From an uncultured Alphaproteobacteria bacterium (lineage in GTDB: Bacteria > Pseudomonadota > Alphaproteobacteria > Rhizobiales > Xanthobacteraceae), in contig CAVRKR010000005.1 of the NCBI GenBank assembly GCA_963722265.1, forward strand, positions 93,010 to 157,009: a DNA stretch of 64,000 bases, written 5' to 3'. Position numbers and translations under genes: made by a program. Shown here piece after piece: positions 11,410 to 23,981 of this stretch (positions are counted from its first letter, which is position 1; each line of letters opens with the position of its first letter). The notes beneath the pieces are model-generated. The model saw only the letters and a list, made by a program, of their open reading frames with translations, had not been told where the DNA came from and ran no database searches.

Positions 11410-12978
11410 CGCGCGTTGCTGGCGGCGAGCGATCGCCGCGGTTTGTGTGATCGTGATTGCGTGTTCCCTGGCGCCGCTTGCGGCAACGGCTGCGCGCAAG
11501 CTCGCAGCTTCCCACGGCGCGCGTTTGCATCCCCCAATTGCCCGCACTATCCCGTATCCGCAACTTGAGTGGCCGCTCGAGATCAGCGGCGGACAATATA
11601 TGCCGGTCGCGTGGAGCGATATCGCCGGGTGGAGCGCGGACGATCATTTGCAGGCGTACAAGGCCTTTCGTACAAGCTGCAAGTCGATTGCCGAGCAACA
11701 AAAGCCTCCAGCCGACGCCAAGGCGCTCGGCACCTCGCTGCGTGAGCCCTGCCACGCTGCCAAGGCTCTTGACATCTCCGATGGCGTCAGGGCACGGGCC
11801 TTTTTCGAGCAGCATTTTCTGCCCTTGCGAATCTCGCGGCTTGGGGAGGAGGCGGGCTTCGTCACCGGTTACTACGAGCCGGTGCTCGATGGATCGCGGA
11901 CCCAGACCGACGTCTACAACGTGCCGGTCTATCGCCGCCCTTCGAATTTGTTCGTCCGTGGCTTCAGTCAGGACTGCGCCTAGTTTGCCCAACAAGGGAC
12001 AGGTGTTTCGCAAAATCGGCCGCCGCAAGCTCGTGCCCTTACTACGATCGTGCCGAGATCGAAGACGGCGCGATCGCGGGCAGGGGGTTGGAAATCTGCT
12101 GGCTCAAGGATCAGACCGATCTGTTGTTCGCCCAAATCCAGGGCTCAGCGCGGATCCGTCTTGAGGACGGCTCGACCGCCCGCATCAATTACGACGCGCA
12201 CAATGGCTATCCCTATATGGCGGTCGGCCGTATCCTGATCGATCGCGGCATCATCCCGAGAGAGCAGATGTCGATGCAGAAGATCAGGGAATGGATGGAC
12301 CAGAACCCCGACGGTGCCAAGGAGGTGCGGCGGCAGAACCGCTCCTATGTGTTCTTCCGCGAGGTACCGCTTTCCGACAAGGATGAGGCGGTGGGGGCGC
12401 AGGGCGTGCCGCTGACGCCGGGCCGGTCGATCGCCGTCGACAAGTCGTTGCACGTTTACGGCACACCGTTTTTCATTGAAGGTGAACTTCCGATCGAATC
12501 GGAGCAGTCGAAGACGCCGTTTCGCCGGCTGATGGTCGCGCAGGACACCGGCTCGGCGATCACAGGGCCCGCGCGCGCCGACATCTATTACGGCGCCGGC
12601 CCCGACGCCGGGCGGGTTGCCGGCCGTCTCCGCAACAACATGCGTTTCGTCATGCTTGTGCCGAAAAGCCTCGATCCGCTCGCCCGGGGCCGCAAAATGC
12701 CGATGCCGGACCCGCGGCCATCGGAAAAAATCGCAAAGCTGTTTCCGCAGGTCGATCCTTTGAAGGGTCAGCCTAAAGACCAGAAGATCGGCGCAAAGCC
12801 CTCCGACGTTTCTGCCGCGCCGAATCCCAAGCCCGCGGGCAATGCCACAGAACCCGCCAAGAATCCCGCACCCGTCGTGACCGGCAAGGTACCGTTGCCG
12901 GAAGCGCGACCCGTCATCAAGGCGGGCCATGAGGGACCTCGCTATCGACGCAGCCATCGCTCTCGCTCCAACTCATGA
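11387..12978 (+). CDS. mltA: Membrane-bound lytic murein transglycosylase MltA (two apparent +1 frameshifts at ~11975 and ~12038)
   Basis: FVTGYYEP, QIQGSARI, NRSYVFF, AQDTGSAITGPARADIYYG spread over three successive frames. Confidence 0.85.
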
Positions 12979-13570
12979 AACGTCCACCGAGGATTCCGAT
13001 TCCGACTTTGTCGGCGCCGCCGCGCCGCAATCGTGCCTTGAGCGAGGAGGAACTCGCGCTGTGGGAAAGCGTGGCAAAGCAGGCCAAGCCGCTGCGGAAG
13101 AAACATCGCGCTGCGAAGGTGGAAGCTGTATCACCGGATATGGAGCCGCCCGTCACCGCCAAACCTCCCGTTTTGCCGAGGTCGCTTCCCTCGGCGAGCC
13201 ACGTGAGAATGCAAAAACCGGTGGCGCCGCCGCTGGCGCCACTTGGGCGTCGCGAGCGCGCGCAACTTTCGCGCGGGCGAAAGGAGATCGAGGCAAAGCT
13301 CGACCTGCATGGGATGACACAGGACCGGGCGCATCGTGCGCTATCCGGCTTTCTGCATCGCGCGCGCCATGACGGCATGACCTTTGTGCTCATCATCACC
13401 GGCAAGGGCAAAATGGGCGCCGAATCCGAGCGCGGGGTGCTGCGCCGCCAGTGCCGCAATGGCTGAGCCAGCCGGAGTTTCGCGCGCTCGTGGTCGGCTT
13501 TGAGGAAGCGCATACCGGCCATGGCGGTGAGGGCGCGATTTACGTGCGCATCCGCCGATCGAGAATCTGA
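12975..13570 (+). CDS. Smr/MutS2 domain protein (apparent frameshift at ~13450)
   Basis: LDLHGMTQ, LIITGKG; continues in another frame as PQWLSQPEFRALVVGFEEAHTGHGGEGAIYVRIRR. Confidence 0.85.
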
Positions 13571-13591
13571 TAACGCGTCAAATCAGGAACA

Positions 13592-14705
13592 TCAGAACGG
13601 CCGGACGATTCCGACACGGGGAATCAGCGTCACGATCCATCCGAGAATGGTGGTCTTTCGATCATTTCCCGATATTGGCGGCGCGATTTGCGAGGTTGGC
13701 AGCGTCTTGACCGCATGCAGGATCAGAAACAGGCAGACCGCCCAGTTCGAAACCCAGCGTGAGTAATCGAACACGATCGCAAACATGATGAGATAGGCCG
13801 CGCTCACCGCCGCGATGCCGGCGATCACCGCACGCCGGTGCCAATCGTCGGCGAGGGACCGGATCAGATCGGCGAAGTACCGCCACAGCGGCGAATGCAG
13901 CCAGACCAGCAGCGCAAATACCGGGACGCCGAGAAGATTCGAGGGCATGCGCTGCCATGTATCGGCAATTTCCTTGGAAAGCGGCTGATACCAGATGTAA
14001 CTGAAGCTCAGGAGATTGGCGCGGCCTGGATCGGCCATGCGGCTTTCCAGGTAGCGGGCAAACTCCGCTTCGGGTACCACCATCGTCCCCAAAAATTGGG
14101 CGGCGAAAAACAGGAGCCCGACGCAAATGGTGGCGCCGATTCCGACCGTGACATTTCGCCGGTCAAAGCCCCGCACCAGGTAATGACGCAACATCACGAT
14201 CACGGCGATGGTCGGCACATACATCAGGAGATGAATGTGGTGGATCAGAATGAGAACCATCGATGCCAGCGCGGCGAGCAGCACGAAAAGCAGGGAACGC
14301 GCGGGCAGCATCAGCAGAACAATCGCGAAGACACAGCCGTAGATGTCGAAATGGCCGAGCGTGTGCATGAAGTTCTTCAGAAAGAACGGTGATCCCGCCA
14401 TGAAAACGAACAGCGGCCTCCCGGCTTCGTCGAAGCCGAAGGTGCGCCGGAACAAGCTGACGAAAAGCCCGGCGGTGACGAGCCAGACCGCACCAGAGAG
14501 CGCGAACACGAGCCACACCGGGACTTCGCTGAGTAAACAGCGAAACCATCGCGCCGATCAGCGCGCGCTTGGTGAAGCCGAAATGGTAATCGACCAGGAG
14601 ATGAATGTAGGGGACATAGGGCGGCAGCGAGATCTTGTGAACGAACACCCCGATCAAGACGGCGGCGTTGACGGCGAGCATCACGCGCCAGGGGTTTTCC
14701 CACAC
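13592..14705 (-). CDS. Multi-pass membrane protein, unknown function (apparent frameshift at ~14530)
   Basis: Hydrophobic ORFs 14705-14530 and 14518-13592 join into one ~370-aa protein. Confidence 0.7.
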
Positions 14706-14721
14706 ACGCAGCTTTAATTCA

Positions 14722-14831
14722 TCGTCGTCCCGGCCAGGCAGCGCGCGAGCCGGGACCCATCACCGCCGGTTCTTTTGCAACGGTCGCAACGGCCAGGTGG
14801 TTATGGGCCCCTGCTTTCGCAGGGACGACGA
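14722..14831. repeat. REP-like palindromic element
   Basis: Ends TCGTCGTCCC...GGGACGACGA with internal hairpins GTCCCGGC/GCCGGGAC and CCCTGC-TTTC-GCAGGG. Confidence 0.75.
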
Positions 14832-14846
14832 TCTTAGCTGCAAAAC

Positions 14847-16148
14847 CTACAAAATAAACCGGCTCAGATCGGCATTCCTGGCGAGATCGCCGACGTGCTT
14901 CTGGACATATTCCGCGTCGATCTGGATGGTCTCGCCGTGGCGGTCGGGCGCGGCAAAGGAAATTTCATCCAGCACCCGCTCCATCACGGTCTGCAGCCGC
15001 CGCGCGCCGATATTCTCCACCGACGAGTTGACGGCGACCGCGACGTCGGCGAGCGCGTCGATGGCGCTGTCGGTGATATCCAGCGTCACGCCTTCGGTCT
15101 TCATCAGCGCGACATATTGCTTGATCAGCGACGCCTCGGGCTCGGTCAGGATGCGTCGCATGTCGTCGCGCGTGAGCGCTTCCAGCTCGACGCGGATCGG
15201 CAGGCGACCCTGTAATTCCGGCAACAGGTCCGAAGGTTTGGCGATGTGGAACGCGCCGGAGGCGATGAACAGGATATGATCGGTCTTGACCGCGCCGTGC
15301 TTGGTCGACACCGTCGTTCCCTCGATCAGCGGCAACAGGTCGCGCTGCACGCCCTCGCGCGAGACGTCGCCGCCGACCCGGCCATCGCGCACGCAGATCT
15401 TGTCGATCTCGTCGAGGAACACGATGCCGTTGTTCTCGACCGCCGAGATCGCTTCCAGCGTCAGCTGATCATTGTCCAGCAGCTTGTCGGATTCTTCGTT
15501 GACGAGAATCTCGTGCGAGCCCGCAACCGTCAGCCGGCGGGTCTTGGTGCGGCCGCCCAGCTTGCCGAAGATATCGCCGATCGAGATCGCGCCCATCTGT
15601 GCGCCCGGCATTCCCGGAATTTCGAACATCGGCATTCCGCCCGAGGATTGGGTCTCGATCTCGATTTCCTTGTCGTTGAGCTCGCCGGCGCGCAGCTTTT
15701 TGCGAAATGAATCGCGCGTGGCGGCGCTGGAATTGGCGCCGACCAGCGCATCGAGCACGCGCTCTTCGGCGGCAAGTTGCGCGCGAGCCTGCACGTCCTT
15801 GCGCTTTCGGTCGCGGGTTTGCGCGATCGCGACTTCGACGAGGTCGCGGACGATCTGCTCGACGTCGCGGCCGACATAGCCGACCTCGGTGAATTTCGTG
15901 GCTTCGACCTTGATGAACGGGGCGCCCGCAAGTTTGGCCAGCCGCCGCGCGATCTCGGTCTTGCCGACGCCGGTCGGCCCGATCATCAGGATATTTTTCG
16001 GCAGCACTTCCTCGCGCAGGCTGCCGGTGAGCTGCAGGCGCCGCCAGCGGTTGCGCAAGGCGATGGAGACGGCGCGCTTGGCGTCGGCCTGGCCGACGAT
16101 GAAGCGGTCGAGTTCGGAGACGATTTCACGGGGAGAAAAGTCGGTCAT
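14847..16148 (-). CDS. hslU: ATP-dependent protease ATPase subunit HslU
   Basis: [32 protein letters not shown]. Confidence 0.98.
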   Translation of the reverse strand: MTDFSPREIVSELDRFIVGQADAKRAVSIALRNRWRRLQLTGSLREEVLPKNILMIGPTGVGKTEIARRLAKLAGAPFIKVEATKFTEVGYVGRDVEQIVRDLVEVAIAQTRDRKRKDVQARAQLAAEERVLDALVGANSSAATRDSFRKKLRAGELNDKEIEIETQSSGGMPMFEIPGMPGAQMGAISIGDIFGKLGGRTKTRRLTVAGSHEILVNEESDKLLDNDQLTLEAISAVENNGIVFLDEIDKICVRDGRVGGDVSREGVQRDLLPLIEGTTVSTKHGAVKTDHILFIASGAFHIAKPSDLLPELQGRLPIRVELEALTRDDMRRILTEPEASLIKQYVALMKTEGVTLDITDSAIDALADVAVAVNSSVENIGARRLQTVMERVLDEISFAAPDRHGETIQIDAEYVQKHVGDLARNADLSRFIL

Positions 16149-16189
16149 GGCCTCTAGGTAGGTTCAAAATGTTGCGGACACAAGCGGCG

Positions 16190-16792
16190 CTAAATAATGG
16201 GTGGCCCCGCCTGCCAATGCCGGATCGCCTCGAAAGGGTGGATCAGCATGATGATGTTCAAAGTGAGATTGTCGCGAATGTGAAGTCCGACCAGGACTTC
16301 GAAGGTGAAGCCAAGCGCCACAGTCACCGCAACGGGAAGTTTTCGCGCCAGCAGAAAACCCGCAACCATGGATAGGGTATCCGACAGCGAATTGACGATG
16401 CTGTCACCGAAATAATCCAGCGAGACCGTGCCGGCACGGTAACGCTCGATGATCCAGTTGGAGTTTTCGACGACCTCCCAGCCTCCTTCGATCACCATTG
16501 CCGCGATCAGCCGGCCGGGCCATGTGAGGCGCGGCAGCATGAGCCAGGTTGCGGCATAAAACAGGAAACCGTGGATGATGTGCGAGAACGTGTACCAGTC
16601 GGTGATGTGCTGCGAATTCTCCGAACTCTGCACAACCCCGTGCCAGAATTTCACGTAGCCGCAGGTGCAGATCGGATGCCTGCCCATCGCATACAGTATC
16701 GTGGCCTGAAGCGCGAGCAGCCCGACCGCAATCAGCGCCCATTGCCAGGATGAAAGACCTGATGTGGCCGAATTGTTGCGTGCGAGCGTCAT
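16190..16792 (-). CDS. DUF2585/UPF0314 membrane protein
   Basis: [41 protein letters not shown]. Confidence 0.85.
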   Translation of the reverse strand: MTLARNNSATSGLSSWQWALIAVGLLALQATILYAMGRHPICTCGYVKFWHGVVQSSENSQHITDWYTFSHIIHGFLFYAATWLMLPRLTWPGRLIAAMVIEGGWEVVENSNWIIERYRAGTVSLDYFGDSIVNSLSDTLSMVAGFLLARKLPVAVTVALGFTFEVLVGLHIRDNLTLNIIMLIHPFEAIRHWQAGPPII

Positions 16793-17271
16793 GAGTCACG
16801 CACCATCAGCAGCGCCGGACCATCCGGTGTGTCAACAATTCGATCGCGACAAAACCCCGCCTTCTCGTAGGCGCGGATCGCGCGCGTGTTGGCCGGATCG
16901 GGGTCGATGACGACGCGTGGGATTCCGGAAGCGAGCAACTGGTCAGCGAAAACCCGGATGAATGCGGAACCATGGCCGCGACCGACCATGTCGGCCTCGC
17001 CGATGAACTGGTCGAGTCCGCGGGCGCCTTCCGGTTGTGGCCCGAAGCCGGTGTCCCAGGCACTCAGATTGTAACACTGCAAGTAAGCGAATTCTCGCGC
17101 ATCTGCCGCAACAATGAACTGCGCCATATCGGGGTGATCGAGATCGCCGCTCACGAGTTCGAACTGTTCCGCGGGGTCGTGCCACCATCGGCTGACATGA
17201 GGCGTTCCGAGCCAGCGCTGGATCGTCGGCAGATCGGCGGCCGACATCGGGCGGAACGCATAGGCCGTCAT
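16789..17271 (-). CDS. GNAT acetyltransferase, AAC(6')/IucB-like
   Basis: [40 protein letters not shown]; start MTAYAF 2 nt after the hslV stop. Confidence 0.85.
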   Translation of the reverse strand: MTAYAFRPMSAADLPTIQRWLGTPHVSRWWHDPAEQFELVSGDLDHPDMAQFIVAADAREFAYLQCYNLSAWDTGFGPQPEGARGLDQFIGEADMVGRGHGSAFIRVFADQLLASGIPRVVIDPDPANTRAIRAYEKAGFCRDRIVDTPDGPALLMVRDS

Positions 17272-17273
17272 GC

Positions 17274-17834
17274 TTAGCCGCCCTGCAACGTCTCGATGGT
17301 CACATTGCGATTGGTGTAGACGCAAATGTCGGCGGCGATATCCAGCGCACGCCGCACGATGGTCTCGGCGTCCTTGTCGGTTTCGATCAGGGCTCGCGCG
17401 GCCGCCAGGGCATAATTGCCGCCGGACCCGATCGCCATCACGCCGGCCTCCGGCTCCAGCACGTCGCCGGTGCCGGTCAGCACCAGCGAAACATCCTTGT
17501 CGGCGACGATCATCATCGCTTCCAGCCGCCGCAGATAGCGGTCGGTGCGCCAATCCTTGGCGAGTTCGACCGCGGCGCGGGTCAGTTGCCCCGGATATTG
17601 CTCGAGCTTGCTCTCCAGCCGCTCGAACAGGGTGAAGGCGTCGGCCGTGGCGCCGGCAAAGCCGCCGATGACGTCGCCCTTGCCGAGCTTGCGGACCTTC
17701 TTGGCGTTGGACTTGATGACGGTCTGGCCGATCGAGACCTGCCCGTCGCCGCCGATCACCACCTTGCCGCCCTTGCGGACCGTCAAAATGGTAGTGCCGT
17801 GCCAGACCGGCGTGTCATTGGGAGATGCTTGCAT
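17274..17834 (-). CDS. hslV: ATP-dependent protease peptidase subunit HslV
   Basis: [10 protein letters not shown] (catalytic Thr), [20 protein letters not shown]. Confidence 0.98.
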   Translation of the reverse strand: MQASPNDTPVWHGTTILTVRKGGKVVIGGDGQVSIGQTVIKSNAKKVRKLGKGDVIGGFAGATADAFTLFERLESKLEQYPGQLTRAAVELAKDWRTDRYLRRLEAMMIVADKDVSLVLTGTGDVLEPEAGVMAIGSGGNYALAAARALIETDKDAETIVRRALDIAADICVYTNRNVTIETLQGG

Positions 17835-18064
17835 GGAGTACCTCGCGTCTGGCCAGATTTAAGGACTTGTGCGGGGGGTTACAACACGGCGTTCTGACCA
17901 CCTGTCCGCGTCGAGAAAGCGCGCCGAACCGAACACGGGCTGGATTTCGGTCACCATAGCCGAAAGTTCGCGCCTTTTAAGCGCCATCCCGCAGTAGCGA
18001 AGGCGGCCCGGCCTGTTAAAAGGGCCGCGTTTTAGGCCAGGAGCGGTCAAGGGAAGCATTTTTC

Positions 18065-18658
18065 ATGCGCAGCGCCACCATCAAGCGCAAGACCAAGGAG
18101 ACCGACATCGAGGTGACGGTAAACCTCGACGGAACGGGCGCGTCCAGCATCGCGACCGGGATCGGCTTCTTCGACCATATGCTCGATCTCCTGGCCCGGC
18201 ATTCGCGCATCGACATCTCCGTGAAGGCGGTCGGCGACCTTCATATCGACCACCACCACACCACGGAAGATGTCGGCATCGCGCTCGGTCAGGCAGTGAA
18301 GCAGGCGCTCGGCACCATGGCCGGCATCACCCGCTATGCCAGCGTCCACATGCCGATGGACGAGACGCTGTCGCGCGTCGTGATCGATATTTCCGGTCGG
18401 CCGGTGCTGGTGTTCAAGGTCGAGTTTCCGCGCGACAAGGTCGGTCAATTCGATACCGAACTGGTGCGCGAATGGTTCAACGCCTTCGCGATCAATGCCG
18501 GCGTGACTTTGCACGTCGAAACCCTATATGGCGAGAATAGCCATCATATCGCCGAATCCTGCTTCAAGGGTCTGGCGAGGGCGCTGCGGGCGGCGGTCGC
18601 GATCGATCCGCGGGCCGCCGGCGAAGTGCCATCCACCAAGGGTCAGCTCGGCGGCTGA
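18065..18658 (+). CDS. hisB: Imidazoleglycerol-phosphate dehydratase
   Basis: [35 protein letters not shown]. Confidence 0.97.
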   Translation: MRSATIKRKTKETDIEVTVNLDGTGASSIATGIGFFDHMLDLLARHSRIDISVKAVGDLHIDHHHTTEDVGIALGQAVKQALGTMAGITRYASVHMPMDETLSRVVIDISGRPVLVFKVEFPRDKVGQFDTELVREWFNAFAINAGVTLHVETLYGENSHHIAESCFKGLARALRAAVAIDPRAAGEVPSTKGQLGG

Positions 18659-18683
18659 TTTTGTTTCGCGGCGGAGATTTATC

Positions 18684-19215
18684 ATGCCGGTCTATACAGT
18701 TCATGCTCCGGTGACCAACAACGCGGATTTCCGCACCACCGATCAATTCACCTTCGTTCGCGACGGCTTCCATGTCTGGGCCGCGCTTCTCGGCGTCGTG
18801 TGGCTCGCCTGGCATCGGCCTGTGGCTGGCGCTGATCGGCTGGATCGTCCTGATCGTCGTGATCGATGTCGCGATGATACGTCTCGGGGTTGGCGTGACG
18901 ACGGTCTTTCTGGTCGACGGCCTGCTCGCATTGCTGCTGGGGTTTGAAGCCGCCAGCCTTGAGCGCTGGACCTTGTCGCGAGGCAACTGGCGTCAGCTCG
19001 ACATCGTGGTCGCCGATGACGAGGAGGCGGCCGAGCGCCGCTTCTTCGATCGCTGGACCGCCAAACAGCGCGGGCTGACCAACGATCAACCGGCCATCGA
19101 TCGCGGCGGCCCGCCGCCGACCCGCGATATTCCGGGTCAGGCATTCTCGCGGCCGCCACCGCTACCTCGCGACGAAATCATCGGATTGTTTCCGGAGCCG
19201 GGAGCGTCGCGTTGA
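18684..19215 (+). CDS. DUF2628 membrane protein (apparent frameshift at ~18818)
   Basis: MPVYTVH...[10 protein letters not shown]...WLAWHR then LWLALIGW...AERRFFDRW in the next frame. Confidence 0.75.
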
Positions 19216-19862
19216 GCGTTGCGATCATCGACTACGGCTCCGGCAATCTGCACTCCGCCGCCAAGGCGTTCGAGCGCGCAAGCCGGAGCATGGAAGTTCC
19301 GGAAAGGATCGTCGTCACCCGCGATCCCGATACCGTATATCGCGCCGATCGCATCGTGCTGCCCGGGGTCGGTGCCTTCGCCGATTGCCGCCGCGGCCTG
19401 GACGCGCTTGACGGCATGATCGAGGCGATGACGGAGGCGGTGCGGCACAAGGCGCGGCCGTTCTTCGGCATCTGCGTCGGCATGCAGCTGATGGCGACGC
19501 GCGGCAAGGAGCACGTCACGACCGACGGCTTCAACTGGATCGCCGGCGACGTCGAAAAGATTTCGCCGCGCGAGGCGAATCTGAAAATCCCGCATATGGG
19601 CTGGAATACGCTCGATCTGGTCCGGGAGCACCCGGTGCTGGAGCGTTTGGCGCTCGGCCCGAAAGGTCGCCACGCGTATTTCGTGCACTCCTATCACCTC
19701 AACGCGGCCAATGAGGCGGACGTGCTGGCGCGCGCCGACTACGGCGGGCCGGTGACGGCGATCGTCGGCCGGGACACCACCATCGGCACGCAGTTTCACC
19801 CGGAAAAGAGCCAGCACTTCGGGCTCGCGCTGATTTCGAACTTTTTGAAGTGGAAGCCGTGA
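19212..19862 (+). CDS. hisH: Imidazole glycerol phosphate synthase glutaminase subunit
   Basis: [34 protein letters not shown]. Confidence 0.97.
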   Translation: MSVAIIDYGSGNLHSAAKAFERASRSMEVPERIVVTRDPDTVYRADRIVLPGVGAFADCRRGLDALDGMIEAMTEAVRHKARPFFGICVGMQLMATRGKEHVTTDGFNWIAGDVEKISPREANLKIPHMGWNTLDLVREHPVLERLALGPKGRHAYFVHSYHLNAANEADVLARADYGGPVTAIVGRDTTIGTQFHPEKSQHFGLALISNFLKWKP

Positions 19863-20601
19863 TTCTTTTTCCCGCCATCGATCTGAAAAACGGCCAATGC
19901 GTGCGCCTCGAGCAAGGCGACATGGCGCGCGCAACCGTGTTCAACCTCGATCCCGCGGCGCAGGCGGCAAGCTTTGCCGCGCAGGGTTTCGAATATCTGC
20001 ATGTGGTCGATCTCGATGGCGCCTTCGCCGGCAAGCCGATGAATGCGCATGCGGTCGAGGCGATGCTTGCGGCCGTCACTATGCCGGTGCAGCTCGGCGG
20101 CGGCATCCGCGACTTGAAAACGGTCGAGGCCTGGCTCGCCAAAGGCGTCGCGCGCGTGATCATCGGCACCGCGGCGGTGCGCGATCCCGGAACTGGTCAA
20201 GAGCGCGGCGAAGAAATTTCCTGGCCGCGTCGCAGTCGGGCTCGATGCGCGCGACGGCAGGGTCGCGGTCGAAGGCTGGGCCGAGACATCGGAGGTGACC
20301 GCGCTGGAGATCGCGCAGGCGGTTCGAGGATGCGGGCGTCGCCGCGATCATCTTCACCGACATTGCGCGCGACGGCCTGCTGAAGGGTCTCAATCTCGAC
20401 GCCACCATTGCGCTGGCCGAACGCATCTCGATTCCCGTCATCGCCTCCGGCGGCTTTGCTTCGATCGACGATGTGAAGGCGTTGCTGGCGCCGCGCGCCA
20501 AGAAACTCGCCGGCGCAATCGCTGGCCGCGCGCTCTATGACGGCCGTCTCGATCCCGCCGCCGCGCTGGCGCTGATCCGCAGCGCGCGGGCGGCGGCCTA
20601 G
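19859..20601 (+). CDS. hisA: ProFAR isomerase HisA (two apparent +1 frameshifts at ~20188 and ~20318)
   Basis: [26 protein letters not shown]; later frames give [12 protein letters not shown] and [12 protein letters not shown]...IASGG...GRALY. Confidence 0.9.
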
Positions 20602-20611
20602 GAGCAGTTGG

Positions 20612-21389
20612 ATGTTCAAGGTCCGCGTGATCCCCTGTCTCGACGTCAAGGACGGCCGGGTGGTCAAGGGCGTCAACTTCGTCGATCTGCGCGACGCCGG
20701 CGATCCCGTGGAAGCCGCGATCGCCTATGACGCCGCCGGCGCCGACGAACTCTGCTTTCTCGACATCACCGCCACCCATGAAAATCGCGGCATCATGCTG
20801 GACGTGGTCCGGCGCACGGCGGAAGCCTGCTTCATGCCGCTGACGGTCGGCGGCGGGGTGCGCACGATCGACGATATCAAGACGCTTGCTGCGATCCGGC
20901 GCCGACAAGGTCTCGATCAACTCGGCCGCCGTCAGCCGCCGCGAATTCGTCAAGGAGGCTGCGGAAAAGTTCGGCGAGCAATGCATCGTGGTTGCGATCG
21001 ACGCCAAGCGGGTGAAGCGCGGCGGCGGTTCGGACCGCTGGGAGATCTTCACCCATGGCGGGCGTAATTCCACCGGGATCGACGCCATCGAATATGCCCA
21101 GGAGGTGGTCTCGCTCGGCGCCGGCGAAATCCTGCTGACCTCGATGGACCGGGACGGCACGCGGCAGGGTTTTGACCTGCCGCTGACCCGGGCGATCGCC
21201 GACAGCGTCGCCGTCCCGGTAATCGCCTCCGGCGGCGTCGGCAATCTCGACCATCTGGTGGAAGGCATCCGCGAGGGGCATGCAACCGCCGTGCTGGCGG
21301 CCTCGATCTTTCATTTCGGCGAATTTACCATACGTGAAGCCAAGGAGCACATGGTCCGCGCCGGGCTGCCGATGCGGCTCGATCCCTGA
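20612..21389 (+). CDS. hisF: Imidazole glycerol phosphate synthase cyclase subunit (apparent +1 frameshift at ~20886)
   Basis: [22 protein letters not shown] then [23 protein letters not shown]. Confidence 0.92.
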
Positions 21390-21468
21390 CGACTCTCTGT
21401 GACAGAAGTGCTACATCCCTTAAGGGGGCGGCGGCCCTTCGTCAGACCTGTGGATTGAGTTAAGTTCG

Positions 21469-21792
21469 ATGTCGCGTTTCACGATCCATGACCTCGCCAC
21501 GATTATCGATGCCCGCGCGGCGTCGGGCGGAGAGGCGTCCTATACCCGCAAGCTCCTGGACAAGGGGTCGGAGCATTGCGCCAAGAAGTTCGGCGAGGAG
21601 GCGGTGGAAACCGTGATCGCCGGGATTGGGAATGACCGCGACCATCTCATCGCCGAAAGCGCCGACGTGCTGTTTCACTTGCTGGTGCTTTTGAAGTCGC
21701 GCGGCGTGAAGCTTGAGGAAGTCGAGGCAACGCTGGCGCAGCGTACCAGCATGTCCGGACTTGAGGAAAAGGCGGCGCGCAAGCGCGACTAG
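21469..21792 (+). CDS. hisE: Phosphoribosyl-ATP diphosphatase
   Basis: SYTRKLL, KKFGEEAVE, ESADVLFH. Confidence 0.95.
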   Translation: MSRFTIHDLATIIDARAASGGEASYTRKLLDKGSEHCAKKFGEEAVETVIAGIGNDRDHLIAESADVLFHLLVLLKSRGVKLEEVEATLAQRTSMSGLEEKAARKRD

Positions 21793-21831
21793 GCGGCGTC
21801 GGAGCCAGGTGAGAGACAACAAGGCGGCGTC

Positions 21832-22788
21832 ATGGATATTCGGGCACCGGAGCAACAATACAATCCCTACCGGATTTTCTCCCGGGAGCAGTGGGCGCGG
21901 CTGCGCGACGACACGCCGATGACGCTGGAGCCCGGCGAGTTCGAGCGGCTGCGTTCGATGCACGATCGCCTCGACCTGAAAGAGGTCGAGGACATCTATC
22001 TGCCGCTGTCCCGGCTGCTGTCGATCTACGTCGATGCGACCCACCGGCTCTATCAGGCGCAACGCCAGTTCCTCGGCATCCGGGATCGCAAGGTGCCCTA
22101 CATCATCGGCGTCGCCGGATCGGTGGCGGTCGGCAAATCGACCACCGCGCGCGTGCTGCAGGCGCTGTTGGCGCGCTGGTCGCCGCGGCCGAAGGTCGAT
22201 CTGGTGACGACCGACGGGTTTCTGTTTCCCAATGCGGTGCTGGAGCGGCAAGGCCTGATGCAGAAGAAGGGCTTTCCCGAAAGCTACGATCTGCCGATGC
22301 TGCTGGCGTTTCTGAGCGACATCAAGGCCGGGCGGCGGCCGGTGCGCGCGCCGGTCTATTCGCATTTGACCTACGACATCGTTCCGAACGAGTGGATCGA
22401 GATCGACCGGCCCGACATTCTGATCGTCGAAGGCGTCAACGTCCTGCAGACCGGCCGGCTGCCGCGCGACGGCAAGGCCGTGGCGGTGGTTTCGGACTTC
22501 TTCGACTTCTCCGTCTATATCGACGCCGAGGAACAGGTATTGCGCGACTGGTATGTCAGGCGCTTCCTGACCCTTCGCGACACCGCATTCCACGATCCGC
22601 GATCCTATTTTCACCGCTATGCGCTGCTCTCCGACGAGGAGGCCACCGCTACGGCGCTGGCGATCTGGGAACGCACCAACCTCGCCAATCTCGAGGACAA
22701 CATTCTGCCGACACGGCCGCGCGCAACGCTGATCCTAAAAAAGGGCGCCGACCATGTGGTCGAGACCGTGGCGCTGCGGCGGCTGTAA
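21832..22788 (+). CDS. coaA: Type I pantothenate kinase
   Basis: [32 protein letters not shown]. Confidence 0.97.
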   Translation: MDIRAPEQQYNPYRIFSREQWARLRDDTPMTLEPGEFERLRSMHDRLDLKEVEDIYLPLSRLLSIYVDATHRLYQAQRQFLGIRDRKVPYIIGVAGSVAVGKSTTARVLQALLARWSPRPKVDLVTTDGFLFPNAVLERQGLMQKKGFPESYDLPMLLAFLSDIKAGRRPVRAPVYSHLTYDIVPNEWIEIDRPDILIVEGVNVLQTGRLPRDGKAVAVVSDFFDFSVYIDAEEQVLRDWYVRRFLTLRDTAFHDPRSYFHRYALLSDEEATATALAIWERTNLANLEDNILPTRPRATLILKKGADHVVETVALRRL

Positions 22789-22809
22789 CCGCCATCGTCA
22801 CCCACGCCG

Positions 22810-23868
22810 CTATTTCAGCGCCAGCGGTTTTTCCTCGTCGAGGAAGCCCATCAGTTCGTGGAAGAATTGCATGCGGTTCTTTTCCAGCATCACCGTATGC
22901 GTTCCCTCGCTCAGTTCGATCAGCCGCTTGTACGGCGTGTTCTTGAGCTGCGCGAAATAGCCCTGCGCCAGATAGCTCGGAAGATCGGCGTCCCATTCGG
23001 CGTGAAGCAGCAGCGTCGGCACCTTGATCTTGCCGGGATCGTACAGCGCCTTGCCCGCGCTCCAGTATTTCAAGCCGTCTTCGAACACGCCGTTCGGCGC
23101 GCGCAGCATCGGCGGATTTTGCTTCGACGATTCGGGATCGGTGGCCCAGGTGGCGCTGGCCCAGGCGTCGAACACGCCCGGTGGAATTAGATCCGCCTGC
23201 TTGTCCTCGGCAACGCCCTTCAACCAGCGCGCCTTGGCGGATTCCTTGGAGACCAGCCGGTAGGCGCCGAGCGGCGGCGCGTTGGCGGCGGCAGGCGGTG
23301 GCGGTTCATTGCGAATCCATTGCGGCGCATACAGCACGAGGCGGTTGACCTTGTCGTTATGCTCGCTGGTGTAGAGCCCGGCGGTTGAGGTGCCCCACGA
23401 CCAGCCCATGACGTTGATCTTCGAAACCTTGCGTTTCCTGAGGATATAGTCGACGGCGGCGCCGAGATCGTGCGCCGCGACCGCGGTCGAGACGATCGGC
23501 TTGTTCGCCTCCGGCGGCTGGCTCATTTCGGCAGGCCGGGTCGAGCGGCCATAACCTCTGACGTCGACCAGATAGACGTCGTAACCGCGCGCGGCGATCA
23601 GGTCCATCATCGAGACGCCCTCGATCGGCAGGTCGAAGGCGGTCTCGGCCGGATAGGTCGCGCCATGGACAAACAACAAAATCTTGTCCGGCGAGCTCTC
23701 CTTGCCGGCGAGATGCTTGTTGCGCACGAACAATTCGATGCCCGCATCGCCTGACGGGATCATGGTGTCGCTGGTTTGCAGTTTTGGCTCCTTGGCCTGT
23801 GACAGTGCGCCGGCGAACATGCTCGCAGCAAGACAGGCCAAAAAAAGCTGCAAAAAACTGTTGCGCAT
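22810..23868 (-). CDS. Secreted alpha/beta hydrolase
   Basis: Signal peptide, VHGAT, DVRGYGRS, nucleophile GWSWG, GTH. Confidence 0.85.
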   Translation of the reverse strand: MRNSFLQLFLACLAASMFAGALSQAKEPKLQTSDTMIPSGDAGIELFVRNKHLAGKESSPDKILLFVHGATYPAETAFDLPIEGVSMMDLIAARGYDVYLVDVRGYGRSTRPAEMSQPPEANKPIVSTAVAAHDLGAAVDYILRKRKVSKINVMGWSWGTSTAGLYTSEHNDKVNRLVLYAPQWIRNEPPPPAAANAPPLGAYRLVSKESAKARWLKGVAEDKQADLIPPGVFDAWASATWATDPESSKQNPPMLRAPNGVFEDGLKYWSAGKALYDPGKIKVPTLLLHAEWDADLPSYLAQGYFAQLKNTPYKRLIELSEGTHTVMLEKNRMQFFHELMGFLDEEKPLALK

Positions 23869-23981
23869 CGGATTCCTCCCGAAAGCAGTCCGGTAATGCC
23901 GGACTTTCGTTGCCGCGCATGTGTGGGGCGAATCGGGGTGAGCCGTCAAGACAACCGGAAGTGAACGCGCTCGCCTTTGCC

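Noticed and set aside
19859-21389. Programmed frameshifting or phase variation in hisA/hisF
   Set aside because: No slippery heptamers or long homopolymers at the breaks; the same single-base indel pattern affects many unrelated neighbouring genes
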